Shown piece by piece: positions 59,077 to 64,000 of a DNA stretch of 64,000 bases. Source of the DNA: Phoronis australis (lineage: Eukaryota; Animalia; Phoronida); the NCBI GenBank assembly GCA_002633005.1, contig NMRA01000180.1, positions 619,955 through 683,954 of the forward strand, given 5' to 3'. The notes under the pieces are model-generated. The model worked only from the letters and a program-made list of their open reading frames with translations, had not been told where the DNA came from and made no database searches. Every line of letters starts with the position of its first letter. The stretch's first letter is position 1. The translations under genes were made by a program, and so were the position numbers.

Positions 59077-60824
59077 TTAAATGACGGCCCATGACTCAAA
59101 ATTTAGCTTGAAAAGGCATTTTCACTATTGCACGCTTAGAACACCTTCAGCTGTCATACAGAGTTTTATAATTTGTTCAACCTCGAAGTTTCTTTGTTGT
59201 TTGGGTTTGCTGACGACTCCAGTCTCATCACCTGGAACACAATTTCACTTTTACTTTTCTATAGTACAAGTATTTACTTTTGTTACTTTGAACGTAATTC
59301 CGACACTATTTTGAACTTTATTCTTAAGCGGTAGCGCCAGTTGTCGATTGGACGAACAGTAAAGCCTGAACCGTCTTTTTTTGATGGGAAAGAGTAAAAT
59401 TGAGCTGTACAACCCGAATGGTCTTATGCAGGAAGTTTGAATTTAGGCTACGTATTGTCATAATATTAGTCTGGGTTTGTTCCTCATTCAGGTTAGAGCT
59501 GAGTTGAATGCTTGATAAGAGTTGCCACATAGTTATTGCTGAAGAACAAGATGGTCAAGTTGTTGGTCACGGTTGCTTCGATATAGTGTCTCTGGTGGGA
59601 GCAGTATGGACATCAGAGAAATCACAGAAGTTTTATAATAACCATCAAGCAAGGAAGAAATATGCGTTAACAGTGGGGTGGAAAACGCCTGTGAAGAAAG
59701 TGAATTTTGACACCAGACTATGGTGGATACATCGGCTTTAGACACTTCCGGTCACCCTAAAAGTAGCCTTGGTGCAAAGCTGTAATATATTAATAAAGCA
59801 TAAAAATATTTCTAGGTGATCAGCGCACGTCTGGTACAACGTGTATCAGACCGCCTACAATTAAAAAAAAGCTGTACACTAAAGGTTAATTAGTCTTTGT
59901 ACAGCTTGGTGACGGGCTATGTACTGAAATAATGCAGTACTCACCATAGTTTCAGGAGAACGGTTATATATGTATCTCGTCTCCAACAACGCCTATGTAA
60001 CTGTCCGCTGGTAGTGGGCCAAAGCTGTAAAACATTTTTATTCCGATGTTTAGTGATAACGTATCTGCCACTATTATGATTCCAAAATTTTGAAGGTCTG
60101 AGATATTTTACGGTTCAGGTAACCACGAGGACAATTTGGTACAGGGAATTTTTTATAGAGTTATGTGTTTGTGGGTAAATCGGTGTGCTCCGACAACGGT
60201 TGAATCCATTACATGCTCCCAGGAAGTTAAAAAGTGACCACGTGCTTCACAGCTAATGATGGTTATCTGGTAAACCAACCCTTAAATTAATAGATTTAGA
60301 AGTCCGCACAGTGAAAGTGTAAAATCAAGAGCCATACTCATCACACTCGAATTGCACATCAAACATTAACCCGTAGGCGTCGAAAATGCAATCGTGTGAG
60401 CACATTTATCTTAAGAAATAATACAGCGAATATAACTGCAGGGAAATCAAGCTCTTCGAAAGAACTTATTCACTCGAAGATTCGACTTTTTTGTCACTCC
60501 GCCATTTGCACTGTTTAATCTACCGGTGAACTCACTGCATGGCGTCACCAAGTCAAAAACTAAGGATAGAAGATGGCAGCTGTTATTAGAGCAAGGTAAA
60601 AAGAATCGAAATATGACCGGTAAGACTGCTTGCGGTTTTCTAAACGTGTCAAGAGAATTTGATTTTGTTAGTACTAACTCACTGAACAATTTAAGTTCCT
60701 AACATTCTTTTGGTTTACATCCACTTCACCAAGTGGTGAAAAGCCCCCCTGGTGGAACTTCAGTTCTGTACAAGAGCTGAGCATTGACTACTTGATTGTT
60801 ATGAAACTCCAAGCCTGTCACTTC

Positions 60825-61338
60825 GAATTCCAAGTCTGACACTAGGTAACGCGTGTGTGTTTTACACGTTTACGCGTGCATATTTTAGACGTTTACGCGT
60901 GAGCGTGAACTTTTAAATTGATGCGGTTTCCGATTCCTGAGCCAATGAACGGAGGAAGTACATTCACCAGATGACGTCAACGATCGCGTAATTAATAACC
61001 CCACTTGACACCTCCATTAACGTGTAAAATTCAGAATTGTGCAGGAGAATGGGTAACAGACTGCGAATTGACGACATTTTGAGAGAACTGCAAGGGTTTC
61101 ATGTCCATAACTCCCGGTGATGTCATTGTGTAACAAGAACTGTCATTCGGCACTTCATGTCAATTATATGACTTGGGGTCAAGCACCTTTCGGGGTTGGG
61201 CTGAATTGCGTTCAGCGGTCGCGTTAACTCGTCTTGGCAGAGCATTAACCGGTTACAAAATAGATTAACGTGTAAATGAGTCAACGCGAAAGTATTGACC
61301 TGTAAAGCCCGCGTTACCTACAGATAGACTTGGCATTC
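60825..61338. mobile_element. MITE-like element with ~30-bp terminal inverted repeats and ACGCGT/TTAACG-rich internal repeats
   Basis: gaattccaagtctgacactaggtaacgcg vs cgcgttacctacagatagacttggcattc. Confidence 0.55.
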
Positions 61339-63264
61339 CATACTGCCAGTTGTCAACGCGTGTGGGTTTTACACGTTAATGTGTACAGGCTTGACTCATT
61401 AACGTGCTTATTTATTCCGTAACGGTTTAATACGTTGCAAAGATGGGTGTTCACCACGACCGAGGCTGGTACATAGAGGCCAGAAGGGGTTCGTTATTTA
61501 GACTTCGGTATACATCCGCACTTAAATACGACAGCTTGACCCTTTCATTTATGGGTGAATATTATCCAGTAACTTACAGAAGCAGTAGAATCCGTTACTG
61601 TTGCTGTCTTGCTGAAGTTAATATAAATAATGCAATGAGAAATGAACCCAGAGAAGAGCCTTGTGGCCGAGGGGGGCTGAAGTGTTAATGATATGGTGAG
61701 CGGACGGTTTCCCAGACACTGATTTCAACTCTTTGAAGCAATCATAATAATAACTAGCTGGAACCCGTGCTTCGCACCGTTACCAGCTAGTGTAAGCGAA
61801 TCAGCTTTAGTCAGTTTACCCTAGACATGGGAAGTTGCCCTTGTTATACATGCTTCAGTTAACAAACCAAAACATCACCTATGAAAGCTGTGCTGTTATC
61901 AATACTTTTAAGTATTATTTGCTATTGTCGTCCATTTTGTTACCTTATCGAATTTCATTTTTTGTTGAAATCCATCGTTATAGTTATTTCACCGTACACA
62001 AATGTGATGGTGGCAATACCACGAAGTAGATACACGTATTGTGTTTTTATTACCATTCCTCAAATTCACATGTACAGGTCTTTTCATGAATGTACGTTTC
62101 ACGTGTTTAGCTGCAGTGAACGAAGTCCTCAATCAAACTTGGTGCTATTCCCATCACAGTAGAGCATAGAGTCGATTGCTGAGCAATTAGAATGTGGCAA
62201 AGCCTGGAGAAAGCGCAGGGGCATTGGCATCATATAAAAACAGCTTCTGCGGGACACGTGTCACACAGTGTTCGTCTTTCAGCAACTAATAAATGTGCTG
62301 GCCCACTGGGTCAGTTACTTGAATATGAGATCGCATCCACATACGGCCTATATATGAAAGTTTACGGGCCCCGCCTTAAATCTACTGGCCCAAGGCCACC
62401 ATGTATTTCGAACGCTGGTCTCACACTGTGTTTTCTTCCAAAAAAATCTACAGTGTCGACGTTTGCAAAATATCGAATTCGAGACACCCCTCGAGCAATG
62501 CGGGCAAGTGTCTGAGACAGATAGTCGAAATATTGAATACGGAACTGTTGTTAAATATTGCTAAAGCACTACGTGAATCAGGCCCGAACCCCCTCACCCC
62601 GCGGGAAAGGTACAGCCCCAGCCTCTCCGTTAATTAAAGCGTGAATATGAGTCCCTACCCCGTGTACTTGGGTGCGTGGATCGTGTTTCGTGAGGCTGTT
62701 CCCGTGTTTGTGAGTTAGTGGACGGTGTTTGCAGGTCCGTGAGTCGTGTTCATGCGTCCATGCTCCGTGTTTATGAGTCCGTTGACCGTGTAGTCTAGGT
62801 ACCTTGAATAAGCTGCCGGTATTTGCCATGAGTAGTCGAAACACATGTCTGTTGTGTGAGCATATTTTATATCCGGAACTTGAAAACTTCATGCACATTG
62901 TAGTTCAAAGGTCAGCACAATAAACTGAGAAAGAGCAAATTGCGCTACGCTTTCGCCGGATTTATAGCATGAGGAACCCTTTCCAGCTGAAAATTGACCG
63001 TCGGACGGCCTTCGTCCGACGGTTGGAGTTTGCTAATGCGATCACAATAGCCCATTGAATTCAGTCCAGCTGCCTGGCCTGCTTGGTCACGTACGTAATC
63101 CTTTAATGACACCTCATTATGCCATAAAACTACGTGCCTGTCGACTATTGGCAAAAAAATAAAGTTTATTTTAAAAATCTACCTGCCTAACCGAATTCCT
63201 CGCGAAAATCTAAGCATTTTAGAACTTTGAATTTTCTTTCTAGGCCAGAAAATAAAGTTTTTAN

Positions 63265-64000
63265 GATGTGATAGCAGACGATGAGCTGCAAAACTTTATG
63301 AAGGAGGTAAGCACAGGTATGCCGGTAGGTCTGCCGAAATGCCGTCTATCAATTTCCTCCTGTCGTTATATTAACGCCTCATAGTATCTCTCACTAAGCC
63401 TTAGTTTGTCTTACAAGCTGATAATCGGTGATTTATCTCCTCAAATTTGTTGTACTAGTTTTGAGTCTATACATACCGTTATATAGACATGTCTGTTGTG
63501 CGCGACTAAGTATATCAGTATTGATTGTTGTGTTCACACTTCTCAAATTTATTGAATTACCTCTACTGCTTGTGTGTGACTTCAACTCCACTTGGAGGGC
63601 TTCCCATCCGCTGAAGGTGATCTTGACAAGCAGTGTCCAGACAGCGTCCGTACAGTGAGCGACTTGACCACCACCATGGCTATGATCATTTTCACCTGCT
63701 CTTGCCAGCATGCGGCTGTCAACTTCGGCCAATTTCATCACATGTCGAACCCACTAGCTTATCCACTAGCGCTTCGCGAGCCTCCTCCGCAGGTTAGTTT
63801 TCTACTGGGCTCCGTGGTAATCTAGTATGCAGCATGCAAGTATGAGCACGTGTGTACTGGAATGGGAATGGGAACCAATGACAAAACACTCTTTTACTTT
63901 CATTAGCGCATAGAACTCAAGCCCTGGAATGCATCTGCGATCTCGCAGCCGCTGAGGTTGCGTCCCGCATACGTGAGAGTTGTTTACATTAATTTGTTCG
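63265..64000 (+). pseudogene. Partial third LOX copy (end of exon 8, intron 8, exon 9 at 63586-63792), ~97-98% identical to LOX-A 25959-26694, with the exon 9 acceptor mutated
   Basis: Starts right after N 63264 and runs off the window. The acceptor reads ttcAA (63584-63585) instead of ttcAG. Could be an allelic haplotig or a recent paralog. Confidence 0.7.

Overview
This is eukaryotic genomic DNA, AT-rich, with spliceosomal introns and many repeats, most consistent with a marine invertebrate draft assembly. It has one 522-N gap and several single-N junctions. Main content: (1) an intronless secreted protein with alternating 4-Cys modules and Pro/Thr-rich linkers (5313-6455), whose frame continues past the TGA into a seventh module; (2) two tandem, same-strand, 11-exon animal-type PLAT + lipoxygenase genes reconstructed by hand, LOX-A (18200-31091, ~683 aa) and LOX-B (39914-57663, ~682 aa), plus a partial third copy nearly identical to LOX-A at the window end; (3) decayed LINEs, Kolobok-type TTAA elements, several MITE families and a tRNA-derived SINE head. 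The most interesting signal is the LOX pair. The paralogs differ at the Coffa-Brash stereo-determinant (Ala in A, predicted S; Gly in B, predicted R). Both end in an atypical C-terminal Ala instead of the usual iron-ligating Ile. They share a sharply bounded gene-conversion tract that stops just before the iron-binding helix, and a relic of the displaced exon start sits beside it. Identity figures are by-eye counts and no database searches were run.
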